From a virus (Duplodnaviria; Caudoviricetes), in IMG/VR virus record IMGVR_UViG_3300044297_000134, positions 1 to 37,597 of that record: DNA of 37,597 bases; one strand, 5' to 3'. The notes beneath the pieces are model-generated. The model saw only the letters and a list, made by a program, of their open reading frames with translations, did not search any database and was not told the origin of the DNA. Below, piece after piece: positions 8,857-17,578 of this stretch. Position 1 is the first letter of the stretch, and each line of letters opens with the position of its first letter. The position numbers were made by a program, and so were the translations under genes.

Positions 8857-8890
8857 GCGACGCTCGCCATCTTTCGACAGCGGGCGTCGT
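8857..8890 (-). terminator. Stem-loop with GAAA tetraloop ending the capsid block
   Basis: Minus strand CGACGCCCGCTGTC-GAAA-GATGGCGAGCGTCG followed by CGCTTT. The U-tail is weak. Confidence 0.5.
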
Positions 8891-8908
8891 GTCAATTCTC
8901 GACGAGGA

Positions 8909-9415
8909 TCAGACTTCGCCGATCTTGACCATCGCGAACGACGCGCTGCGGATCGTGACGGCGTTGCCGTTCGTCTGCACCGCAAGGCGGATTTCACACG
9001 TATCGCCAACCGCCGACAGGTCGACGATCGCATACGCGCAACCAACCGCACCGCGCGCGGCAGTGGCCGGCTCGGTCTTCAACGCCTTGGCGCCCTTGGC
9101 GGCGGCGGCAACGCCCGCTTCTTTGGCGTACACCTGCACCGAATGAAACGACGAGTTCACGCCGATCGAATCGCCGATGTTCGCAAGCACCAGGTACTTG
9201 CCGCAGCCGGCGGGCGTGGCAACGGTGGCGACGCCGGTTCCGACGGCAAACGTCAGACCGCCGCCCGTGGTGTTCTTCTTTTCGGTGAAGAGAGCATTCA
9301 CGATGGCTTGCGGCGTTGCAGCCGCAGCGACCGTGATCGCAAAGCCGGTTGCATCGTCGACGTCGACGAGCAGGGCGTTGTGAGTGCCGCCGGTGTTCAG
9401 TGCTGCGAGAGACAT
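8909..9415 (-). CDS. Putative capsid decoration protein, C1q/TNF(BclA)-like fold
   Basis: SD AGGAGG. Motifs GKYLVLANIG, IVDLSAVGDTCEIRL, SASFAMVKIG. Lies downstream of the capsid gene. Confidence 0.55.
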   Translation of the reverse strand: MSLAALNTGGTHNALLVDVDDATGFAITVAAAATPQAIVNALFTEKKNTTGGGLTFAVGTGVATVATPAGCGKYLVLANIGDSIGVNSSFHSVQVYAKEAGVAAAAKGAKALKTEPATAARGAVGCAYAIVDLSAVGDTCEIRLAVQTNGNAVTIRSASFAMVKIGEV

Positions 9416-9429
9416 TCTGACCTCCTAGT

Positions 9430-9579
9430 TCAGTTCCCGCCTTGGCGGCGTTCACGGTTGACACGCTCGGCGGATTCGCGCGCGATCTTGCGCGCCTGCT
9501 CCGACGAGAGATTGGTTGATTTCTTGATTTGCTCGGTCATCTTTTCGACGACGCGTTGCGGGACATCCTTGTCGCTCAT
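9430..9579 (-). CDS. Small hypothetical protein (49 aa)
   Basis: MSDKDVPQRVVEKMTEQIKKSTNLSSEQARKIARESAERVNRERRQGGN. ATGA overlap with the upstream gene and it fills the gap. Below the ORF-track cut-off. Confidence 0.7.
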   Translation of the reverse strand: MSDKDVPQRVVEKMTEQIKKSTNLSSEQARKIARESAERVNRERRQGGN

Positions 9580-10049
9580 GCGCTGGCCTTTCGCGGTGCA
9601 GTCGTCGACGCGACGTTGCGCACGAGACCTTGAATCGAACGCGCGATGTCGCTCGACTGGAGCTGCTCAAGCTGCTGATCGGCAAGGCGCTTGGCCTCGA
9701 CAGACTCAGCAATGAATTTGGCCTGCGCCTTCTTCCACCGCGCCAGCATTTCTTCGCTGTGCTCGCGGTTGATCACGTCGTCTTCGAACGCTCGCCACTC
9801 ATCGCCGTCGGGAATGCTCGACGGCGGAACGGGCTTGTTGAAAACGTCAAACCACGGGCCCACGCCATCGACAAGGAAGATCGGCAAGACGTGCTCTTTT
9901 CCGTCGACGTCGACGGTGACGCGCTTTTGCAGCGCACGCATAAGCGCCTGACGATTGCTCGTCGGGTTGCCTTCCTTGTCGATCCCGTAGTCGTTGAATT
10001 CGACGACGTGGGGGTCTTTCACGCACTTCAACTTGATCGTTCGTCTCAC
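9576..10049 (-). CDS. Hypothetical protein
   Basis: 157 aa with natural composition, co-oriented in the head module. Confidence 0.75.
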   Translation of the reverse strand: MRRTIKLKCVKDPHVVEFNDYGIDKEGNPTSNRQALMRALQKRVTVDVDGKEHVLPIFLVDGVGPWFDVFNKPVPPSSIPDGDEWRAFEDDVINREHSEEMLARWKKAQAKFIAESVEAKRLADQQLEQLQSSDIARSIQGLVRNVASTTAPRKASA

Positions 10050-10070
10050 TGTCGCGCCTCATTCGAGGGA

Positions 10071-10106
10071 GAGAAAGAGAGGGGCAGCGGGATTGCTGCC
10101 CCTCTC
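10071..10106 (-). terminator. Intrinsic terminator after the major capsid gene
   Basis: Perfect 12-bp stem GAGAGGGGCAGC/GCTGCCCCTCTC with a 6-nt loop, followed by TTTCTC. Confidence 0.75.
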
Positions 10107-10113
10107 ACGGCGA

Positions 10114-11106
10114 TCACGCCGCCTTGTAAATGATTTTGATCCCGTGCTCGTCGGTGTGCTCGCCGACGGCCCAGCACCAACGACCGACCGCGAGCAGCGT
10201 GTCGTCGGCAAGGTCGTACTGGAAGCCCAGCGACGGCGAGTAACGCTCGACGAGTTCGCCGAAGCCGCGCACCGAGCCCGGCGCGCCGGTTTCGCCACGA
10301 CCAGCGACGATCAGCGCCGAGACGCGATCGACACCGGCGTTGGCCGTCGACATAACCGCCTTGTTCGCGGCGTAGATCGGAATCCCGGCGAACGAACCAC
10401 GGAAGCCGTTGCGCGACGCATCGGGGCGGTGATTGAAGAACGCCACGTCAGCGGCCGACGACGCGAAGATCGTCGACAGCGGGGCTCCCGTGCCGGCGAC
10501 GGCGAGAGCGCGCAGATCGCCCACGCCCTTCTCCTCGAGGATGAAGACGGCGTCTTCACTTTCGACGTTGTTGCTCAACAGCTTCGTCAGCGCATCCAAC
10601 ATCGTCGCAAACGACAGCGCCGTGTTGGTCGTGCCCGACGAGCCCGACAAGCCGGGGAAGAGCTGGAGCGCGTCGGTCTCGGCGCGCAGGTAGTGGGCCT
10701 GCATGACCTCGGCCATCGCGTCGCGAACGAGCGGGAGCGCGGCCGGATTGCCCGACTGAATCGCCGACAGGACGGCAGCGCGGTCGTAGCCCGTGGGCAG
10801 CGCGAGTTCGATCGAATCGCTCGAAAGCTGCACACCCTGCACCTTCGTGGTGGGCGTGATGCTGATGTTCGACTGAACGCTGAACGTCGCCGGGTTCGAG
10901 AACGCCAGCGCCTCGGTGTCGTCGACGGCGGCGGCGAGCGCGTTCTTCTTGCGGATCTTGCGGACCTTCGTCGAGGCGCCAGCGATCGACGCCTGATTCA
11001 TGAAGGGAAGCACGACGTACTTGCCGCGAAGCGGGTCGAGAGCCAGCTGGCTCATGACCTCAGACAGGATCCAATTAGCGACGGTGACGGACGAGGTAAC
11101 GGCCAC
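10114..11106 (-). CDS. Major capsid protein (HK97-like, inferred)
   Basis: 330 aa with SD AGGAGG. Follows the scaffold gene and precedes a strong terminator. Ends in capsid-like GEHTDEHGIKII. Confidence 0.8.
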   Translation of the reverse strand: MAVTSSVTVANWILSEVMSQLALDPLRGKYVVLPFMNQASIAGASTKVRKIRKKNALAAAVDDTEALAFSNPATFSVQSNISITPTTKVQGVQLSSDSIELALPTGYDRAAVLSAIQSGNPAALPLVRDAMAEVMQAHYLRAETDALQLFPGLSGSSGTTNTALSFATMLDALTKLLSNNVESEDAVFILEEKGVGDLRALAVAGTGAPLSTIFASSAADVAFFNHRPDASRNGFRGSFAGIPIYAANKAVMSTANAGVDRVSALIVAGRGETGAPGSVRGFGELVERYSPSLGFQYDLADDTLLAVGRWCWAVGEHTDEHGIKIIYKAA

Positions 11107-11135
11107 GAGAGCCTCCTAGCGCCTTTCGTGGCGCG

Positions 11136-11813
11136 TTATGCGTTAGGCGCCTTGCCAGCGCCCGGTGCGAACCGAGCGATGCCAAGGGAATTGGGTTGCG
11201 CGCGCCCACCGAGGACGCCCGCAAAGAATTTGGCGACGGCGGACGGGTCGCGCGCCTTGATGTCGGCGAATTTCTTGCCCGACGGGTCGGCGAGTGCCGC
11301 TTCGATGTCCGGTGCAGTCACGCCAGGCGGAGCACCCATCGCGGGAGCGTTGCCGACGGCTTTCGCAGCAGGCGCAGCAGGAGCCGCGCGGAACGCGGCA
11401 AGCACCTTGGCCTTGCTTTCGACGGTCGCGGCGTCGGCGTAGAGAGCGCGCGCGGCCTCGGGCAAACTGGCGGCCTCGGCGTCGAGACGCTTGGTCTCAG
11501 CTTCCTCATGGGCACGCCAGCGCTGGGCGAGGGGCTCGATGCCCTCGAGCTCGGCGAGTCGGCTCTTTGCCGTCTCAAGCGCCTTCGCCAACTCGCCCGC
11601 GCGCTCGGCTTCTTCTTGCGCCTTCTTGCGCGCATCGCGGTCGGCCTTGCGACCGGCGGCAGCTTCGGCTTTCAGTTCGGCGAGTTCGCGCGCAGCCGCG
11701 CGCAGCGCGTCGAGGTCTTCGGCGACGGGAGCAGCGGCAGACGTCGACGTGGTCGCGGCATCTGCCACGGGCGAGGGGTTAGGCGCGCCTTCGGGGGCGG
11801 ATTGGGTGGTCAT
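11136..11813 (-). CDS. Capsid scaffolding protein
   Basis: 225 aa Ala/Glu/Lys-rich coiled coil with Pro-rich linkers, immediately upstream of the capsid gene. Confidence 0.75.
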   Translation of the reverse strand: MTTQSAPEGAPNPSPVADAATTSTSAAAPVAEDLDALRAAARELAELKAEAAAGRKADRDARKKAQEEAERAGELAKALETAKSRLAELEGIEPLAQRWRAHEEAETKRLDAEAASLPEAARALYADAATVESKAKVLAAFRAAPAAPAAKAVGNAPAMGAPPGVTAPDIEAALADPSGKKFADIKARDPSAVAKFFAGVLGGRAQPNSLGIARFAPGAGKAPNA

Positions 11814-11849
11814 GGCACAATCCTACAGCATCGCTTACATAACGCGCAA
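11814..11849 (-). promoter_or_regulatory. sigma70-like promoter, leaderless, for scaffold/capsid
   Basis: TTGCGC, 18 nt, TAGGAT, 6 nt, ATG 11813. The spacer contains GTTATGTAAGC. Confidence 0.55.
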
Positions 11850-11850
11850 G

Positions 11851-12405
11851 TCACGACGACAGCTTGAAGGCGACCTTCTGAATCTCGCGAAAAAGCATCT
11901 CGGTTTGCTCCTTCGTCAAAGCCAGAAACCGACGGGCTGGCGTGTGCGCCGTCCCGTAGTGCAGCCAGTGGGCGACGACGTTATGCGGCGGCGACTGTTT
12001 GCCGGTGCGCTGCATCGTGAACGACCCAGCCGTCTGCTTTCCCTTCGCCAACCGCTTTTCAAATCGCGCAAGACCGCCCGCCTTCGGCTTCCACACTGGC
12101 GACGTGCCAGCGTCAGGCGCGACAATGATCACAACGCGGTTGTCGTTGACGTCGGCACCGCGTGCCTTGACGCTGTTCAGCAGGCCACCCGACAGACGCA
12201 GATCGACCTTCGGCGATTCGCCACCGCGCAAGAGAAAATCGATGTAGCGATTCGAGTACGGCGCGAATTGGTTTCCGTTGGCGTCGACGCCGCGTTTGGT
12301 GCGCTCAATGATCGCACCTGGCACAAGCGCCTTGATCACGGCAGCGACGGCGCGGCCGTTGAATTTCGGCATACGTGGACGACGGATAGGAACGATGCCA
12401 CCCAT
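11851..12405 (-). CDS. Phage virion morphogenesis / tail completion protein (Mu gpG / P2 gpS-like)
   Basis: IIERTKRGVDANGNQFAPYS, VDLRLSGGLLNSV, HYGTAHTPARRFLALT. TAATG overlap with the upstream gene. Confidence 0.75.
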   Translation of the reverse strand: MGGIVPIRRPRMPKFNGRAVAAVIKALVPGAIIERTKRGVDANGNQFAPYSNRYIDFLLRGGESPKVDLRLSGGLLNSVKARGADVNDNRVVIIVAPDAGTSPVWKPKAGGLARFEKRLAKGKQTAGSFTMQRTGKQSPPHNVVAHWLHYGTAHTPARRFLALTKEQTEMLFREIQKVAFKLSS

Positions 12406-13232
12406 TAGGCCACCTGTAGCTGCTGGCGCAGTCGATCGGTGATGTCCTCGCCTTGGCCGTTGGCGCTCGTGTCGAAGACGCGATACCCCAGCCGCAGCGC
12501 CTCGTCCGTCGGTGTCGGCGCCCACGAATGGCGGCAATTGTAGCCGCCGCAGTAGTCGGGCACGTCGAGGCCCTGGCCGTTGTTCATGCCCGACGGCTGC
12601 GTTACTGCCTTGCCGACCCACGTCTTGCAAAATGGGCGGTTCTTTTGGTCGCGTGGCCCGACGTAGACGTAGACCAGGTCGATGCCTTCGTCGGCGGCGA
12701 TTTGCGCTTCGGCCATGACAGCACGTCGACCGACGGCCATGATCGCGGCATCCACCGCCGCTTGCGCTTGGCGGTAGGTGGTATCCATCTTCGTCGACAC
12801 ATCGGCGACGATGTCGCCAAGGCTGCCGCCGGACAGCACACCGCGCGCGACGGCTTCGCGCATCTCGCGTTCGGCGCCCTTGAAGACGCGCACGACGTCG
12901 GCGGCTTGGCGCTCGACGATTTGGTCTAGTTCGGCGCGGACGTCGAGCGAGAGCGTAGCAGGCGCAGCACCGACGACGGCCTCAACCGCCGCAAGAGCAC
13001 GGATGCCCGCCACGCTGATCGCATTCTCGCCAGCCTGTGCCAGCCGATCCGAGATCTGCCGGTAGACCGCTGCGGCAGTCTGTCCTTGACGTCTGACAAG
13101 GCTGTCTTCCCCAGGATTCGTGTCGAGCTGTAGCAGGATGCGAAACAGATCGCGCTCTAGCGCATCCTGCGCGGCGCGCAAGTCGAGGATCGCTTCGTCG
13201 GCGACCGGGCCGGCGAGGTCGGCGCCGCTCAC
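12405..13232 (-). CDS. Minor head morphogenesis protein (Mu gpF / SPP1 gp7-like)
   Basis: YVYVGPRDQKNRPFC...GGYNCRHSW. Directly downstream of the portal. Confidence 0.8.
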   Translation of the reverse strand: MSGADLAGPVADEAILDLRAAQDALERDLFRILLQLDTNPGEDSLVRRQGQTAAAVYRQISDRLAQAGENAISVAGIRALAAVEAVVGAAPATLSLDVRAELDQIVERQAADVVRVFKGAEREMREAVARGVLSGGSLGDIVADVSTKMDTTYRQAQAAVDAAIMAVGRRAVMAEAQIAADEGIDLVYVYVGPRDQKNRPFCKTWVGKAVTQPSGMNNGQGLDVPDYCGGYNCRHSWAPTPTDEALRLGYRVFDTSANGQGEDITDRLRQQLQVA

Positions 13233-14767
13233 TGCTTAGTCTGCCCCGCAGACGTCTCACGCAGCGACGTGAACGGCGACCCAGAGACCGACACATTGGC
13301 GAGTCGCGCCGCAGGGGCCATCGCGCCGCGCGATTGTTCGAGGTGCGCGAGCGCAGCGTTGCGATCGGCAGACAGCCCGAGCATGACGCGCGCGTCGGCC
13401 TCGTCGATGATCTTGGCGGTCAGGAGCTCAAGCACGCGCTGCGTCTTCGCTGCGTCGTCCTCGTAGCTCTTCGCGACGCCCATCGTGACCTGTGGCGAGC
13501 ACCCATCGAACGACGCGGGCGCCGTCGGGCTGAAACGTGCGAGCAGATCGAGCACGATCGGCAGCACTTCGGATTCCTCGAAGTCGGCAAAAACGGGGCG
13601 CTGCTCGGCGATGCGTTGATCGTGCGGCGCGTTGGCGATGATCTTCGCCACGCCCGACTGTGGCGCACCAGGTGTCACGGCGTAGGCATCGGGGCTGTTG
13701 CCACGGCTAACGCCCAGCTCTTGCAGGTCGCGCGTCGCGCTGGCCTCAATCGCGGCATGGTTCGCCGACGGCGTGAGGTATTGCAGCGTCTCGCCACTTC
13801 CGACGTGGATCACGCTGTCGGGACCGCCGATCAATTCCTTCGTTTCGCGCATCGTCCCGGCGTAAAGCGCCTGTGCGTGCGCTTGCAGGTTGATCACGTG
13901 CTGGCGGTTGCTGCGTGCGACGTTGAGATTGTCGACGTTGACGGCGACGTCACGATCTGGTTCTGGCCACATTCCACCCGACGGTGCTTCGGTGCGCAGG
14001 AACGCGACGGGCAGACGGCCTTCGTAGACCTCCGACGGCGTCGACGTCTTGCCATCCTCACTCAACCGACGCTGCGTCCACGGCGCCCACGTCTGCACCT
14101 GCCCGCGATCGTCCTCGGTCCACTCTCGTGACCACACCCACCAGACGTCACTCGCACCGTCGGCTTGTTCCTTTGCCTGCCGAATGGCGCAAAACCAGAT
14201 CATCTCGTCTTCATCGGGCGCTGATTGGTGCGTGATCGTGACGACGTCGTGGGGCCAGTAGAGATGCGCCACGCATTCGCCGTTATCTGCGGCGTCGATC
14301 TTGCGATAGCCCAGCACGACGACGGCAGCACGGGCACCGGTTGCCGCGCGGCGCTCGACCTCTGGCATAAGCACATCAAGCGCGAGATCGTCGACGGCCT
14401 CGGAGAATGCGACCATACGCGGGTCGTCCTCGGCGAGCGGCTGCCCCGCATCGTCGACCAGCTCGCGCTTTGCGGGCGTCATGTAGACGCCAGAATCCTG
14501 CCGCGCGAAGAAACGCAGCCAGTTCACCGGGTCGATCGGCATCGCCGCACCGGTCTTCGGGTAGGCCTTCGCCAGCGCAGTGCGGATGATCGCCTGTTGG
14601 TCGCCTGCGTACCGTTGCGCAAGTCCCTTGACGACGATGTCGTAGTCTGCGGGGCGCTGCTTTCGGCCAGCGTCGAGCAACGCGCGCAATTGGTCGGGTT
14701 GCCATGCGCCCGCGTCGTTGCGGATCTGCTCGATAACGGCGTCGCTGGCGGCGTTCGCGAAAATCAT
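13229..14767 (-). CDS. Portal protein
   Basis: 512 aa between the terminase and minor head genes. Contains GRLPVAFL and a QSGVA motif. Confidence 0.8.
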   Translation of the reverse strand: MIFANAASDAVIEQIRNDAGAWQPDQLRALLDAGRKQRPADYDIVVKGLAQRYAGDQQAIIRTALAKAYPKTGAAMPIDPVNWLRFFARQDSGVYMTPAKRELVDDAGQPLAEDDPRMVAFSEAVDDLALDVLMPEVERRAATGARAAVVVLGYRKIDAADNGECVAHLYWPHDVVTITHQSAPDEDEMIWFCAIRQAKEQADGASDVWWVWSREWTEDDRGQVQTWAPWTQRRLSEDGKTSTPSEVYEGRLPVAFLRTEAPSGGMWPEPDRDVAVNVDNLNVARSNRQHVINLQAHAQALYAGTMRETKELIGGPDSVIHVGSGETLQYLTPSANHAAIEASATRDLQELGVSRGNSPDAYAVTPGAPQSGVAKIIANAPHDQRIAEQRPVFADFEESEVLPIVLDLLARFSPTAPASFDGCSPQVTMGVAKSYEDDAAKTQRVLELLTAKIIDEADARVMLGLSADRNAALAHLEQSRGAMAPAARLANVSVSGSPFTSLRETSAGQTKQ

Positions 14768-15114
<347 letters not shown>

Positions 15115-15118
<4 letters not shown>

Positions 15119-16434
15119 CCCACGATGCCCCATTCGTCGGTGGTCGTCGTCGAGGCTGTCACGTTGGCGCGCGGTCGATGCACCGGCCATTGCCAGTGAC
15201 AGAGATAGCCGAGCGCGTCGATGCCGTGGTCGATGTCGCCCCGCTTCTCGGGTTCGCCGTTCTTGTCGAGCGCCTGCGTCTCGAGCGCCTTCGTCAGCAC
15301 CGGCGCCGCATCGGCGTCGACCGTCACGCGTCGATCGCGAAACAACACGTTCAGCGTGTTGACGCGGTCGACGACGGGCGGATTGGCGCGCCCATGCACC
15401 GGCCGGAAGCCGGCCTGCAAGAGCAAATGCACGTCCGACAACGACGACGTCGAGCGCAACGCGGTACCACTGGCGTCGACGTAGGCAGGGATCCGCATGG
15501 CGTGGACGTCTGCGCGAGAGACCCTGCGCCCGCGGGTGCGCTCGTAGTAGCGCGCGATCCAATCCGCCACGCGCTCGGCGTGCTCGTCCGTCGTCGTGCC
15601 ACCTTCCTTGACGACCTCGCCCACGACGTGCGCCATACGCCGTGCCTCGTCGACTTCGGCCACGATCCAATGCATGAAGCGCACGTTGAAATCGCACCCG
15701 ATCATGATCCTGCCCTGACCAGGTTTCACGATCGGAGTCGCACAATGCACGCGACGATCGAACCGCCCATACACACGACCGCCGCGCGCGGTGCGCACGC
15801 CTTCGAGCTTCTCGCTGATCGCCTCTGCCGTCCCGAGTCGCGCCTTGCTCTCGTCGACGTAGCTGGCGGGAAGGAATGGGTTGTCCGTCGTGCGGATCAC
15901 ATACGCGCGCGTCGACGGCGAGGGCTTGGCAAGGATCAAGTCGTACGCCGGCCCGTAACCTTCGGGCGTGCCGGTCAGCAGGATCTCGAGGGCGTCACCC
16001 ACGCGAACGCGCGACATCGCGGGGACTAGCGCCTCCGGGTCGCACAACTCCCATTCATCGATCCACGCGCCGACGGCGTTGATCCCTTCCGTTGACCTCG
16101 GCCTGTCGAGCGAGCGACACCAGAGCTCGAACCGCTTGCTGCGACCCACCTCGAACACGTGCGCTTGCTTCCAGTGTTTCCACGGCACAGCCCATCGGTC
16201 CAGATTCTCTTGAATCGACCGTTCCATCACGTCACGCACCATCGGGTAACTAGGCTCAGTACAGAGGATCGGCCCGTCGTGGCCAGCGCGCAGACCGAGG
16301 TCGAGGCAGTACGCCACGCCGAGCGACGTCTTCCCGCTGCCATAGCCGCCACTCACGACCCTGATCCCCGGCCCACGATCGGCGAGCACGGCAAGATGTC
16401 GTTCGCCAAACTGTGCGACACCTCGGACTGTCAT
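15115..16434 (-). CDS. terL: Terminase large subunit
   Basis: Walker A GGYGSGKT, Walker B AWIDE, motif III LTGTPEG, nuclease motifs GCDFN and DHGIDALGY. Confidence 0.95.
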
Positions 16435-16622
16435 CCTTCGACCACCCAGCGCACGGCTTCGCCCTCATCGTCTGCAACGTCATAGGGCAACAACGTGTCG
16501 TCAAGGCGTACGAGCAAGTGCCAGCGCCCAAGCCAACCGATCGGAACGGCCAGCCGTTCGACGCGCGACCCGATCCGCAAACTATGCGCCGTGCGTCCGT
16601 GCCGCAGATAGGACATGATCAC
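16431..16622 (-). CDS. Small hypothetical protein
   Basis: Coupled overlaps at both ends. MSYLRHGRT...EAVRWVVEG, with the start at GTG 16622 or ATG 16616. Confidence 0.55.
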   Translation of the reverse strand: MIMSYLRHGRTAHSLRIGSRVERLAVPIGWLGRWHLLVRLDDTLLPYDVADDEGEAVRWVVEG

Positions 16623-16828
16623 GCCAGCCCCCGATCGGCCGACGTGGGCGCGCGTTCGTCGTCCTCGTCGTCCGTGTGCGCCTCGGCGATGTCGGCGCAC
16701 GTCAGCAGCAGCGTAGCCAACGCGCGCGCGGCATCTGGCGAAACGGCGAGCTCGAGGTCGAGCAGCACAAGCACCACGCTCGCCCCATCTGCGAGCGCGC
16801 CAATCCCTTTGCGTCGTGCGGCACTCAC
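16619..16828 (-). CDS. Small hypothetical protein
   Basis: 69 aa with 4-nt overlaps with both neighbours. Confidence 0.55.
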   Translation of the reverse strand: MSAARRKGIGALADGASVVLVLLDLELAVSPDAARALATLLLTCADIAEAHTDDEDDERAPTSADRGLA

Positions 16829-17121
16829 TCTGCCGCCGTCGACGTCACGACCGACGGCACGAAGTCCACGGTATCAACCTTGCCCTCGTCGGGCGTCAGC
16901 GGTTGCGCTTCGGGAATGCGGCCAAGGTTGCGGTCGATGATGATCTCGACGGCTTTGATCGCAATCTTCTCGTCGTCCGAGCGGGCCAGCGCGCGCAAGC
17001 GATCGAGCGCCTCCGGCATCATCGACGCAAAGATCGCCTGCGTCTCTGCGCGCGTCAGACTGCCAGGTGGCAGCTTCGGCCGACCAGTGGGATTGCCGCT
17101 TTGTCCCTTCTTGAACGTCAC
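16825..17121 (-). CDS. terS: Putative terminase small subunit (DUF5681-like N-terminus)
   Basis: FKKGQSGNPTGRPK motif, AAGGA upstream of GTG 17121, located upstream of terL. Confidence 0.7.
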   Translation of the reverse strand: MTFKKGQSGNPTGRPKLPPGSLTRAETQAIFASMMPEALDRLRALARSDDEKIAIKAVEIIIDRNLGRIPEAQPLTPDEGKVDTVDFVPSVVTSTAAE

Positions 17122-17141
17122 GCTGGCACGATCCTTGTTTT

Positions 17142-17157
17142 GACTTGCTAGCAAGTC
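17142..17157. promoter_or_regulatory. Perfect 16-bp palindrome upstream of terS
   Basis: GACTTGCTAGCAAGTC, 9 nt downstream of a TGG-TAGGCT extended -10 candidate (17175-17167). Confidence 0.5.
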
Positions 17158-17174
17158 TCGACGACAAGCCTACC

Positions 17175-17204
17175 AGAAAACAACAGCGGGGCACCATGCC
17201 CCGC
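17175..17204 (-). terminator. Intrinsic terminator between the replication and packaging genes
   Basis: GCGGGGCA-TGG-TGCCCCGC followed by TGTTGTTTTCT. Confidence 0.6.
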
Positions 17205-17466
17205 CGTCGTCGCCCGCTGGACTTGCCGTCGGTTAGTCTTGCACGCCTTTTTGTGGCGTTCAAGACAACGCATTGACGAATTTTCCAGTTGCAGCGCAGC
17301 GATAAAGCATAACTTCCACGCGGCGCTTGCGTCCCTCGGCCGGGGCGCTTCCAAGATAGGCCTTGCCATCGAACCCTTGCGCCACAAGGTGTGCCGCGAA
17401 ACGCGGTCCAATGGCGCAACGTCTTAGTCGTTAGAAAACGAAGAACCAAAGGATCTTACAGATCCC

Positions 17467-17541
17467 CTTTCTTCCTTCCTAACTACCTACCCACCCTCTA
17501 AAAAAGTCTCCCCCTGTACCCCTTGGAAGGAAGGAAGAAAG
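17467..17541. repeat. 14-bp inverted repeat in a non-coding, purine/pyrimidine-skewed region (candidate origin)
   Basis: CTTTCTTCCTTCCT (17467-17480) and AGGAAGGAAGAAAG (17528-17541), just downstream of the primase gene. Confidence 0.6.
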
Positions 17542-17578
17542 ATTTTCGAGCGCAGGCAGACGCCTTGACTCTACCCGA

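Noticed and set aside
9994-12408. Long plus-strand Arg-rich ORFs (e.g. 9994-11442, 11491-12408) and many similar ones genome-wide
   Set aside because: They overlap well-supported opposite-strand genes and are expected in high-GC DNA with few stop codons.
17148-17449. ORFs in the primase-terS gap
   Set aside because: No SD or recognisable motif, and the region is rich in hairpins and repeats, so it is more likely regulatory.
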